From: Chloroflexota bacterium | GTDB taxonomy: Bacteria > Chloroflexota > Chloroflexia > QHBQ01 | Length of the DNA stretch: 64,000 nt | Direction: 5' to 3' | Assembly: GCA_043754535.1 (NCBI GenBank) | Contig: JAYUUN010000120.1 | Location: 1-64,000 of the forward strand | Shown: piece after piece, positions 43,003 through 52,148 of the stretch | How the letters are laid out: every line of letters starts with the position of its first letter | How positions within the stretch are numbered: position 1 is the first letter of the stretch | Program-made: the position numbers and the translations under genes | Notes under the pieces: model-generated | Told to the model about the DNA's origin: nothing | The model's database searches: none | What the model saw: only the letters and a program-made list of their open reading frames with translations

Positions 43003-44889
43003 ATGCGTGAGACCCTACCTTATGGCCTCTGGCCCAGCCCAATTAGCCCCGATAGCCTGGCCCAGAGCCTGCGCCTCAGCGATGTCGGTTGGGACAGCGA
43101 TGGGCAGACGTTGGTCTGGCTGGAAGGTCGCTCTGACCGGGGCGTGCTGGTGGCTCTGCGGCTGGACGGCGGTGCGGCGCGAGACCTGACCACTGGTAGC
43201 CTGTCGGTGCGGGCGCGGGTGGGTTACGGCGGTGGCGACTTTGCACTGCATGATGGCACTGTTTACTTTGTGGAGAACAGTGGGCGCATCTACCGCCAAT
43301 CGCTGTTGGGCGGGCAGGCTCAACCGATCACCCCCGCTTTCGGCCACGCCGCGGCCCCCACCCCTTCGCCTGATGGCAAGTGGCTGGTCTATGTCCACAC
43401 CTACGAGGGAGAGGACACGTTGGCAGTGGCCGACAGTGAGGGGGCGCAGTGGCCGCAGCAGCTAGTTGGCGGCCATGACTTCTTTATGCAACCAACCTGG
43501 CACCCACAAGGTACCATGCTGGCCTGGGTCGCCTGGAACAACCCACTGATGCCCTGGGACGGCACGGAGCTTTACCTCAGCAAGCTGGATTATAGCAGTG
43601 GTAGCCCACGCATTGTTGACCCCCAGAAGATCGCGGGCGGCGAAAACACCGCGATCTTCCAGCCTGCCTTCTCGCCTGACGGTAGCAGCCTGGCCTACGT
43701 GTCGGATCAGAGTGGCTGGGGCAACCTCTACCTCTACGACCTTGCTAGCGGCGAAAGCAAGGCGATCACTAATGAGCAGGCCGAGCTTGGCGCGCCCGCC
43801 TGGGTGCAGGGCGAGCGGCGTTACGGCTGGGCCGATCCACAGACGATCTACTTTCTCCGTAACGAGCAGGGCTTCCATACTATGCAGCGGCTGGACGTGG
43901 CTAGCGGCAAGAGTGAGCCAGTGGCGGCCCTGGACGAGTACACCTACCTCGATCAACCAGCTATCGCCCCAACTGGCGACCGGCTGGCGGTGTTGGCCTC
44001 TGCTGCTACCACGCCGAGCCGCGTGGTCAGCCTCGAACTGGCGACGGTTAGGGCAACGGTGCGCGCCCGCAGCAGTGGTGAGGATGTGGCCGCCGCCCAG
44101 CTTTCCCAGCCCCAGGCAATCTCCTGGCCGACGGCGGGTGCTGCCACCGCCTATGGACTCTACTACCCGCCGATCAACCCCCAGTACCAGAGTGGTGGCA
44201 AGCCGCCGCTGATCGTGCTGATCCACGGCGGCCCAACCTCGCAGGTGGCGGCGGCCTACAGCGGCCAGACGCAATTCTTCGCCACGCGGGGCTACGGCGT
44301 GTTGTGGGTCAACTATCGCGGCAGCACCGGCTATGGCCGCCCCTACATGGAAGCCCTGCGTGGCACCTGGGGCGTGGTCGATGTGGAGGATGCGATCAGC
44401 GGGGCGCACCACCTGCGCGATGCCGGGTTGGTAGATGGCGAGAAGCTGGTGATCATGGGCGGCAGTGCGGGCGGCTACACCGTCTTGCAGGTGTTGGCCC
44501 ACCACCCCGGCGCGTTCAAGGCAGGGATCAACCTGTTCGGCCTCGCCAATCTGTTTACCTTTGTCACCGACACGCACAAGTTTGAGGCGCGCTACCTCGA
44601 CTCGCTAATTGGCACCCTGCCAGAGGACAGCAAGAAGTACCGCGAACGCTCTCCCCTGTTCTACGCTGACCAGATCAGCGACCCGCTGGCCGTCTTTCAG
44701 GGCGAGATTGATACTGTAGTGCCGCGCAATCAGTCGGACGTGATCGTGGCAGCCTTGCAGCGGCGCGGCGTGCCGCACGAGTACCACGTCTACGCGGGTG
44801 AAGGCCACGGCTGGCGCAAGACCGAGACGATAGCCACCTTCTACGCGGCGGTGGACAAGTTCCTGCGCGAGTACGTGCTGTTTGCTTAA
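43003..44889 (+). CDS. S9 family peptidase (acylaminoacyl/dipeptidyl peptidase-like)
   Basis: Beta-propeller, IHGGPT, NYRGSTGYGR, GGSAGG nucleophile, D.VVP and GEGHG motifs. AAGGAG RBS. Confidence 0.93.
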   Translation: MRETLPYGLWPSPISPDSLAQSLRLSDVGWDSDGQTLVWLEGRSDRGVLVALRLDGGAARDLTTGSLSVRARVGYGGGDFALHDGTVYFVENSGRIYRQSLLGGQAQPITPAFGHAAAPTPSPDGKWLVYVHTYEGEDTLAVADSEGAQWPQQLVGGHDFFMQPTWHPQGTMLAWVAWNNPLMPWDGTELYLSKLDYSSGSPRIVDPQKIAGGENTAIFQPAFSPDGSSLAYVSDQSGWGNLYLYDLASGESKAITNEQAELGAPAWVQGERRYGWADPQTIYFLRNEQGFHTMQRLDVASGKSEPVAALDEYTYLDQPAIAPTGDRLAVLASAATTPSRVVSLELATVRATVRARSSGEDVAAAQLSQPQAISWPTAGAATAYGLYYPPINPQYQSGGKPPLIVLIHGGPTSQVAAAYSGQTQFFATRGYGVLWVNYRGSTGYGRPYMEALRGTWGVVDVEDAISGAHHLRDAGLVDGEKLVIMGGSAGGYTVLQVLAHHPGAFKAGINLFGLANLFTFVTDTHKFEARYLDSLIGTLPEDSKKYRERSPLFYADQISDPLAVFQGEIDTVVPRNQSDVIVAALQRRGVPHEYHVYAGEGHGWRKTETIATFYAAVDKFLREYVLFA

Positions 44890-44916
44890 CTCTGCGGGTT
44901 TATAGGTTGAGGAGGG

Positions 44917-46383
44917 ATGATGGCGGAGGCGAAGGGAAAAGATGGGCAGCCAGAAGCCGCCCTCCTGATCAGGGGCGGGCGCATCGTTGACCCGGCCAAC
45001 CAGATTGACGTGGTGGGAGACTTGCTGATCGTGGGCGGCAAGGTGGCCGCCGTCGGCGCAGTTACGTCGCCAAGTGGGGCGACTGTGCTGGACGCAAGTG
45101 GCAAGGTGGTGGCCCCAGGCTTCATCGATCTGCACTGCCACCTGCGTGAACCGGGGCAAGAGGACAAGGAGACGATCCAGAGCGGCACAGCGGCGGCAGC
45201 GGCTGGTGGCTTCACTGCTGTCTGCGCGATGCCTAATACTCAGCCTGCGATTGACGACCGCGCTGCTGTGGAGTTCGTGCAGCAGCTAGCGCGCTTGCGG
45301 GGCAGCGTGCGTGTCTATGCCGTGGGCGCGATCACGAAGGGGCGCAAAGGCGAGCAGTTGGCAGAGTTGGCAGATATGGCCGCTGGTGGCGCAGTCGGCT
45401 TCAGCGACGATGGCAGCGGGGTACAAAACAGCCGCCTGCTCCGCAACGCCCTACAATACTCTACCATGTTGGGCCTGCCGATCATTGAGCATTGCGAAGA
45501 TGCAGAGCTGGTGGCGGAGGGCGCGATGAACGAGGGCGTGGTCAGCAACAGCCTGGGCCTACCAGGGATGCCCGCCGAGAGCGAGAGTATCATGGCTGCT
45601 CGCAATATCGCACTGGCGGGCTTGACTGGCAGCCACCTGCACCTTGCCCACGTCAGCACCGCTCAGACCGTCGCTCATCTGCGCGCCGCTCAGGCTGCGG
45701 GCCAACAGGTGACAGCCGAGGTGACACCTCACCACTTGACCATGACTGACGAGTGGGTAGCAGGCTACAAGTCGCTGGCGGGCCAGCCGGTCAGCAGCCA
45801 GCGGCCTAGCTACAGCTTCGCCACCGCCACTGCCCCCACCACCGCCGCCCTCGATCAGCAACCACCACCACAGCCCCCCGCCAAGGAGGAGGGGGAGCGG
45901 GGCTACGCTGAGCTTGCTGCCTACGACACGAACACAAAGGTTAACCCACCGCTGCGAGGCGAAGCCGACCGGCTGGCAGTGTTGGCCGCACTGCGCGATG
46001 GCACTATCTCTGTGATAGCCACCGACCACGCCCCGCACACGGCGGTGGACAAGGCCGAGGAGTACGGCTACGCGGCCTTCGGTATCAGCGGGATCGAGAC
46101 CGCTTTCGGCCTGCTGATGACCCTCGTCCACAGCAGCGTACTAGATTTGCCAACCCTGATCGAGCGGCTCACTGCTGGCCCAGCCCGTACCTTCAACCTG
46201 CCGGGTGGCAATCTCGCTGTTGGGCAGCCAGGTGACGTGGTGATCCTTGACCCCGACGCACAGTGGTCGGTCGAACCGGCGAAGCTGCTGAGCAAGGGCA
46301 AGAACACCCCGCTTGCTGGTCTGACCCTGCGCGGCAAGGTGCTGGCGACTATCGTTGGCGGTAAGCTGGTTTACGAGGGCTGA
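44917..46383 (+). CDS. pyrC: Dihydroorotase (type I)
   Basis: DLHCHLREPG, MPNT, EHCED, AHVST, EVTPHHL, KVNPPLR and ATDHAPH motifs. Confidence 0.95.
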   Translation: MMAEAKGKDGQPEAALLIRGGRIVDPANQIDVVGDLLIVGGKVAAVGAVTSPSGATVLDASGKVVAPGFIDLHCHLREPGQEDKETIQSGTAAAAAGGFTAVCAMPNTQPAIDDRAAVEFVQQLARLRGSVRVYAVGAITKGRKGEQLAELADMAAGGAVGFSDDGSGVQNSRLLRNALQYSTMLGLPIIEHCEDAELVAEGAMNEGVVSNSLGLPGMPAESESIMAARNIALAGLTGSHLHLAHVSTAQTVAHLRAAQAAGQQVTAEVTPHHLTMTDEWVAGYKSLAGQPVSSQRPSYSFATATAPTTAALDQQPPPQPPAKEEGERGYAELAAYDTNTKVNPPLRGEADRLAVLAALRDGTISVIATDHAPHTAVDKAEEYGYAAFGISGIETAFGLLMTLVHSSVLDLPTLIERLTAGPARTFNLPGGNLAVGQPGDVVILDPDAQWSVEPAKLLSKGKNTPLAGLTLRGKVLATIVGGKLVYEG

Positions 46384-46409
46384 GGTGGTGCGCGTTAGCT
46401 TCCCGGCCT

Positions 46410-49400
46410 TCACTCTACCTCCTCTAGCTGCTCTCTACCTCCTGTGCTTGCGGCCTGCTCATCTTGCTCTATCAGCACTGTATCTACTGGCTCCCGCACT
46501 ACGTCCGCGTCTAGTTGGGCGATGGTTTCGTCGCTGAGCGGGCCAAAGATGGCATTGGTGGCAAGCTCTACTACGCCGCGCTTGAGCAACTTCTCTGCTT
46601 CGCGCACCTTGCCGAGCAGCGGCTCCTCGCGGCCTGTTTGCCGTTGCACGGCAAGCAGCATATCACGCATCTGGCGTAGCAAGTCGAGCGTCTTGTTGAG
46701 GGTCTGCACGATGTCGCCCTCGCTCATCTCCACTGAGCCAAGGATTTCCTTCAACGCCACGCCCTTGCACCAGTCGCGGGCCGCTCCGTAGAAGCGGGGA
46801 TTGAAGCCGGTCGAGATAGTGAAGCTCTGTTCGCGTTCGGCCTTGAAGATGCCAAGCTCCAGGTCTTGCAACTCGCGGCGCAAGGTGACGAGGTGGCGGG
46901 GCAGGTAATACTGGTTGGGGAAGTCGGTTTCGCGGTCATAGGCGTACCATGAGAGACACTCGGCCAGGTCGGGCGCGTTGAGATTGTCGAAGTAGCCGTT
47001 GACCACCGCCTCGCTGAGAACCAGGGCATTGCGGTCAAACACGTTTGCCAGGTAGACTGTCTTGCGCGTGGGTTGGCCTTGTCGCAGGTAGTCGAAGCCC
47101 TCTAGCACGCTGACGATGCCGCGTAGGGTGCGTTCCAGGCGGGTTTCCTCCTCGCGCTTGCGGCGGGCCAACTGCTTCTCCTCGTCGCGGATCAGCGTCT
47201 CAAAGCCAGCCCGTTCACGGCGGTAACCCCGATGCTCTTTGCGACGCGGGCAGTCCTCGCAGGGATGCTTGCGGAGGACGAGATTGGAGTCGTGCGCCTC
47301 TTGCTGGGTGGTAGCCGCCACCTCGCGGGCTGCCTTGATCTGGTCAGCAAGCTGCGACCCCAGCTTCTCCTGGTGTTCGCGCTTCCACTGCTCAAGGTCG
47401 GGCAGTAGGGCCAGTGCCTCCTGCACCCGCCGCCCCAGGCTGGCGGCCTGCTGCTCACCGATCATCGCGGCAATATCGCTGCGGTAGGCTGGCTCCTCAA
47501 GCTGGATTGGTAGTTCGATTGGCGGTGCGTCGGGCGGGAAGAAGTCTACGCTGCTATACTGTTTGAGACCCGCAATTTGCGGCTGCCCAGCTTCGTCGTA
47601 GTAGAGGTAGAGGGCAATATCGCCGAAGGCCGTCCCCTTGCCCAGGTAGAAGACCCAACCGTTCTCTACCGTGTGGAAGGGTGCGCCAGGGGTGAGATCG
47701 CGGAAGGCGTGGCGCAGGCTGTCGCGGCGAGGGAGTTCCCAGGGCTGGCTAGTCAGGCGTGCTTCCACCCGCTCGACCTCACGTTTCGCCTGCTCCTCGC
47801 TCTTACGCAGCAGCGACACATCCCGGCCCATGCTCTCGTACTCGTCTAGCAGGATTTCGCCCTCTGGGTAGCCGATCAGGCAGCCGAATGGGATCGCTGC
47901 CAACTCCTGTTGGTACTGGCGCAGCCCCCCTGACTGTTCGCGCAAACGGCGGGCCTGCTGGAATTGCAGGAGGCTGCGGCGCATCAGGTTGAGGACGCGC
48001 TGGCCTGTAGGCGGATCCCAGAGGTTGAGGACGGCATTGTAGTGGATGCTGAACGCGCTCTCTACTGGCAGCAGGTTGCTGACCGCAATGCCAATCGCCT
48101 CGCGGAAAGTCACCCACGGCGAGTAGGGGATCACGATGTGGCCTTCCTTGTCAATCCCCCGTCGCCCTGCTCGCCCCGCCATCTGTTGAAACTCGTTGGG
48201 CAGCAGGGGGCGGCGGCTGGTGCCGTCGTACTTGCTCATGCGGCCAATTACTACCGTGCGGGCTGGCATATTCACCCCCAGGGCCAGGGTGTCGGTGGCA
48301 AAGACGACGCGCAGTAGACCGCTGCTGAACAACTCCTCCACCAGTTGCTTGAGGATCGGCAGCAGGCCCGCGTGGTGGTAGGCGACCCCACGCCGAGTCA
48401 GGCGGATGATCGTCTTGACCTGGGCCAGGTTTCTGTCCTCCTCGTTGAGGCGGGCCATGTAGTTGCTGATGATGTCGTTGATGCGCTCAATATCGCGTTT
48501 GACGCTGGCGAAGTTGTAGGCCGACGCTTCCTCAGCGGCCTGCTCACAGTCGCGGCGGCTAAAGAGGAAGTAGATCGCTGGCAGCAGATCGAGATGGTCA
48601 AGCTGGGTGACGATCTCGCGTGGCTCCGGCTCGGTCTGTTGGCGGGCCTTCAGTTCGTCTGACTTGAGGCGGTCGCGCAGGTTGCCCCGCCCGCTGTGTT
48701 CGCTGCTGCCGCCCCGCCCGCTGCCGCGCCCTCGCCCATTGCTGCCGCCGCTCGGCCCGCGATTACCTTGGAAGCCTGCTCGGTTCTCACCACCCACATT
48801 GAAGTCAAGCACCTGCCTGCCGCGACTGTCGATCACCAGTTGCAACTGCTTGTCGAAGTAGTAGTAGTAGCTAAGGGGAACAGCCCGCTTGGTGTGGGTG
48901 ATCAGGCGGATCGGCGAGTGTGTCTCGCTGATCCACTGAGCGATCTCCTCGGCGTTGGCAACAGTCGCGCTGAGGCAGATCAGTTGCACGTGGGGTGGGC
49001 AGAGAATAATCGCCTCCTCCCAGGCCGTGCCGCGCTCGATGTCGGCCAGGTAATGTACCTCGTCGAAGATAATCGCCGATACGTCGGCCAACTCCTCCGG
49101 CGATTGGAGCAGCATATTGCGTAGAACCTCGGTGGTCATCACCACGATGCGGGCCGTGCGATTTTCGATGATGTCGCCTGTGAGCAGGCCCACGTCCTCG
49201 GCTCCATAAACGGCGCGCAGGTCGCGGAACTTCTGGTTGCTGAGAGCCTTGATCGGGGTGGTGTACATCACCCGCCCACCGCTCATGCTAGCCTTGTAGA
49301 TGCCAAACTCGGCTACGATGGTCTTGCCAGTGCCAGTTGGGGCAGCGACCATCACGCTGTCGCCCCCGGCCAGGATGCCAATCGCCTCCTCCTGAAAGTC

Positions 49401-49457
49401 GTCGAGGGGGAAAGGGTATCGCTTGCGGAATTGCTCAATCACATAAGGGGTAGTCAA
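46410..49457 (-). CDS. Ski2/HelY-like DEAD/DEAH RNA helicase with DSHCT domain
   Basis: APTGTGKT, TPIKALSNQK, FDEVHY, LSAT, HHAGLLP, QMAGRAGRRG and C-terminal SEGDIV motifs. Confidence 0.93.
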   Translation of the reverse strand: MTTPYVIEQFRKRYPFPLDDFQEEAIGILAGGDSVMVAAPTGTGKTIVAEFGIYKASMSGGRVMYTTPIKALSNQKFRDLRAVYGAEDVGLLTGDIIENRTARIVVMTTEVLRNMLLQSPEELADVSAIIFDEVHYLADIERGTAWEEAIILCPPHVQLICLSATVANAEEIAQWISETHSPIRLITHTKRAVPLSYYYYFDKQLQLVIDSRGRQVLDFNVGGENRAGFQGNRGPSGGSNGRGRGSGRGGSSEHSGRGNLRDRLKSDELKARQQTEPEPREIVTQLDHLDLLPAIYFLFSRRDCEQAAEEASAYNFASVKRDIERINDIISNYMARLNEEDRNLAQVKTIIRLTRRGVAYHHAGLLPILKQLVEELFSSGLLRVVFATDTLALGVNMPARTVVIGRMSKYDGTSRRPLLPNEFQQMAGRAGRRGIDKEGHIVIPYSPWVTFREAIGIAVSNLLPVESAFSIHYNAVLNLWDPPTGQRVLNLMRRSLLQFQQARRLREQSGGLRQYQQELAAIPFGCLIGYPEGEILLDEYESMGRDVSLLRKSEEQAKREVERVEARLTSQPWELPRRDSLRHAFRDLTPGAPFHTVENGWVFYLGKGTAFGDIALYLYYDEAGQPQIAGLKQYSSVDFFPPDAPPIELPIQLEEPAYRSDIAAMIGEQQAASLGRRVQEALALLPDLEQWKREHQEKLGSQLADQIKAAREVAATTQQEAHDSNLVLRKHPCEDCPRRKEHRGYRRERAGFETLIRDEEKQLARRKREEETRLERTLRGIVSVLEGFDYLRQGQPTRKTVYLANVFDRNALVLSEAVVNGYFDNLNAPDLAECLSWYAYDRETDFPNQYYLPRHLVTLRRELQDLELGIFKAEREQSFTISTGFNPRFYGAARDWCKGVALKEILGSVEMSEGDIVQTLNKTLDLLRQMRDMLLAVQRQTGREEPLLGKVREAEKLLKRGVVELATNAIFGPLSDETIAQLDADVVREPVDTVLIEQDEQAASTGGREQLEEVE

Positions 49458-49496
49458 TGTTTTTGCCTCAAAAGTTTATAGTAGTACATGACGAAA

Positions 49497-50411
49497 CTAC
49501 AAGCGGAGCATGGACTCGTACATCATATCTCCATACTCGCGCAGGCCGAAGGAGCGGTAGAGGCTCTGAGCGGGCCAGTTGCCGATAGTGACCATCAGGC
49601 CGAAGGTGCGGTAGTTAGCCGCCTGCGCGTTGTTGATCGCCTGGGTGAGCATCGCCTTGCCCAGGCCGCGCCCGCGCCACGCTGCTGCCAGCGAGATGTC
49701 CAGCACCCAGGCCAGCCACTCGCCTTTGCTGTGGCCCATGTCGCCAAACAGCAGATTGCCCACCGCCTGCCCCGCCTCGTCCTCAGCGATTAGCGAGTTG
49801 GCAGGGTCGAAGCGACTATACTCGTTGCCGAAGATGGCGCGTATATCGTGCTGCACCTGGGTATGGTCGCTGCTGAAGTCGCTATCAAACGTCCCCCGGT
49901 AGTGGGCAAACATCATCCGTGCCGCCTCCTGCTCGTCGTCCAGCCGGGCCGGGCGCAGGCTGACCCCCGTCGGCAGCTTGATCGGCTGCGGTTGCCAGCT
50001 AGCCAGGGTGCGCTTCATTTGAGTGCGCGTTATCTGTTTGAAGTAGGCGGCCAGAAAGAGCGGGCTGTAAGTGGCTGCGTGCTGGGCGATGATCAGCCGC
50101 GCCCCTGCGAGCCGGGCCTGCTCTACCACCATCTGCATCACTAGTGCGCCCGCCTCGGCAAAGTGGGCTGGGTTCAGGCGGAAGCTACGTAGCTCGACCA
50201 CGCTGCCAATCGGGTAGAGGACGTAGCGGCCAATTGCCTGCTCACCTTGCCAGATCAGGTGGCGGTTGGTGGCGGTTAGCGGCTCAGCGGCCTGGTACTG
50301 GGCGTAAAGTTTAGCCACCTCCTCCTCCTCCTGTTCGCCGCCCTCGAAGGCTTGTAGCCCCATCCACGCCGCGGCATCTTCTGGGCTAGCGGGCTTGATC
50401 GTGATTGTCAT
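49497..50411 (-). CDS. Tandem GNAT acetyltransferase
   Basis: WRGRGLGKAML and N.PAQSLYRSFG motifs. AAGGAG RBS. Confidence 0.85.
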   Translation of the reverse strand: MTITIKPASPEDAAAWMGLQAFEGGEQEEEEVAKLYAQYQAAEPLTATNRHLIWQGEQAIGRYVLYPIGSVVELRSFRLNPAHFAEAGALVMQMVVEQARLAGARLIIAQHAATYSPLFLAAYFKQITRTQMKRTLASWQPQPIKLPTGVSLRPARLDDEQEAARMMFAHYRGTFDSDFSSDHTQVQHDIRAIFGNEYSRFDPANSLIAEDEAGQAVGNLLFGDMGHSKGEWLAWVLDISLAAAWRGRGLGKAMLTQAINNAQAANYRTFGLMVTIGNWPAQSLYRSFGLREYGDMMYESMLRL

Positions 50412-50480
50412 TGTTGCTCCTTGTTGCTCTGCCCTCACAGGGTGGGGGAAGGTAAGCGTATTATACCAATTATGCTGCTC

Positions 50481-51053
50481 TCAGCGGCCTTGCACCTCGA
50501 ACCAGGCAAGCACGGTAGAGAGGAACTCGCGCCCGTTGCAGCCAAGCTGGTCGGGGTACCAATCGCGCCCTGCTACGTAACCAACAGCGGCTAGGCCCAG
50601 GCTGTTGCACAAATAGAGGCTGCGTGGCAGGTGGTAGGCCTGGGTGACCACGATCACGCTTGCCAGGTGCAGGGCAGCGTTGCGACAACTGGCGGAGGTG
50701 TTCGTCCCCGCGTCATCTTGGGTTATGCTGCTGGCGGGTACACCCTGCCCCACCGCGTAACGCTGCATGGCGGCAGGTTCACCGTTCGCCCCACTCATCA
50801 GCAGGCTCTGCACCTTGCCCGCCCGGTAGAGGCCAACAGCGGCATTCACCCTGTCAGTCAGCATCTCCCCCGGCGTGCCGTCACGGTTCAGCCCTGCGCC
50901 GAGGACGAGCGCAACGGGAGCGGCTGGCAAGGCAGCGATCTCGCTATAGACCTTTCCCTGCTCTTGGGCCGCCACGTACCGCACCAGGACGGTCGGCGGC
51001 AAGAGCAGCGCAATCAGCGCGATCAGCAGCCATCTCAACCAGCGTCGTTTCAT
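50481..51053 (-). CDS. SanA/YdcF (DUF218, ElyC) family protein
   Basis: VLGAGL, LTDRV, LLMSG, VTQAYHLPR and REFL motifs. Confidence 0.88.
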   Translation of the reverse strand: MKRRWLRWLLIALIALLLPPTVLVRYVAAQEQGKVYSEIAALPAAPVALVLGAGLNRDGTPGEMLTDRVNAAVGLYRAGKVQSLLMSGANGEPAAMQRYAVGQGVPASSITQDDAGTNTSASCRNAALHLASVIVVTQAYHLPRSLYLCNSLGLAAVGYVAGRDWYPDQLGCNGREFLSTVLAWFEVQGR

Positions 51054-51105
51054 CACACCCTCTCTTGCTAGCACTTCCACCCGCCCTGTGAGGGGGAGGG
51101 CCGAA

Positions 51106-51755
51106 TCAGTCGCCCGTCCTCACGTCCAGCCAGGCCAGGAGGGTAGCGGCAAACTCGCGCAGGCTGAACCAGAGTTGGCCGCGATGCTCGGTCAGGTCAG
51201 CGCGCACCCCCACCGCAGCTATGCCCAGCTTGCGGCAAGTGTAGATGGCGCGAGGCAGGTGGTAGTTCTGCGTAACCAGCGTTGCCTGCTTGATGCCGAG
51301 AGCGGCGGCGTTCTGGCAGCTATCATACGTCCTTAGCCCCAGCCCATCGGTGATCAGGGCAGTGGTTGGCACACCCTGAGCCTCGGCGAAACGCTGCATT
51401 GCTGCTGGTTCAGCACCGCCGCCAGTGAGCAGCAGCTTCTGCACCTTGTCCGCTTTGTACAAGTCAACCGCCACCCGCAGGCGGTCGCGTAGTACGTCGC
51501 TGGGTGTACCGTCGGCTCGCAACGGGGCGGTGGTCGAAGATCGAAGTGCGTCTGCTTGACGCGTAGTACGTCGCTGGGTGTACCGTCGGCTCGCAACCCT
51601 GCCCCAAAGACGATAGCGATTGGCTGCCTGGGTGCATCAGCTACGTTCTGGTAGATGTGGGGCTGGGCTGCCAGGTTGACGTAAGCGACAATGGCGACCG
51701 GCGCAAGGATCAGCAGGACGGCGATTAGCCAGAACACGCGGCGGCTCCTTCGCAC
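51106..51755 (-). pseudogene. Second SanA/YdcF paralog frameshifted by a 74-bp insertion
   Basis: Removing 74 nt restores IVFGAGLRADGTPSDVLRDRL...VTQNYHLPRA...LRE. Confidence 0.85.
51486..51597. repeat. Perfect 38-bp direct repeat flanking a 36-bp unique insert
   Basis: CGCGTAGTACGTCGCTGGGTGTACCGTCGGCTCGCAAC at 51486-51523 and 51560-51597. Confidence 0.95.
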
Positions 51756-51757
51756 AA

Positions 51758-52147
51758 CTACTCGGTCTCCTCTGCGATAGCTAGTTGCCTGCCATGCCCC
51801 TCATCATGCACAACTGAGCTAACCCGATTGTGGTCATCCACAAAGACGCAGGTAGGCGGCACGAAGCGTTCCAGCACTGCGAAGGTGAAGATGGTCACGA
51901 TATCACCGACCAACCCCTGGCGAGCCGTCCCCCCGTTGAGGCTGATCATGCCGCTGCCCTGCGGCCCTTCAATGGCGTAGGTCTCAAAGCGCGCCCCATT
52001 GGTGAAGTTGCTGACCAGTACCTTCTCGTAGGGTTCGATGCCCGCCGCTAGCATCAGGTCGTGGTCAATGGTGATCGACCCGATATAGTTGAGGTCCGAC
52101 TCGGTGACATGGGCGCGGTGAATCTTGGCGGAGAGATATATCTTCAC
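51758..52147 (-). CDS. panD: Aspartate 1-decarboxylase
   Basis: KIHRAHVT, YIG-SITID autocleavage site, NGARFETYAI and LNGGTAR motifs. Confidence 0.96.
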   Translation of the reverse strand: MKIYLSAKIHRAHVTESDLNYIGSITIDHDLMLAAGIEPYEKVLVSNFTNGARFETYAIEGPQGSGMISLNGGTARQGLVGDIVTIFTFAVLERFVPPTCVFVDDHNRVSSVVHDEGHGRQLAIAEETE

Positions 52148-52148
52148 G

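Noticed and set aside
51486..51597. Bona fide CRISPR array
   Set aside because: There are only two repeats, the repeat is sanA coding sequence, and there is no leader or cas gene nearby. Reported as a possible ectopic integration instead.
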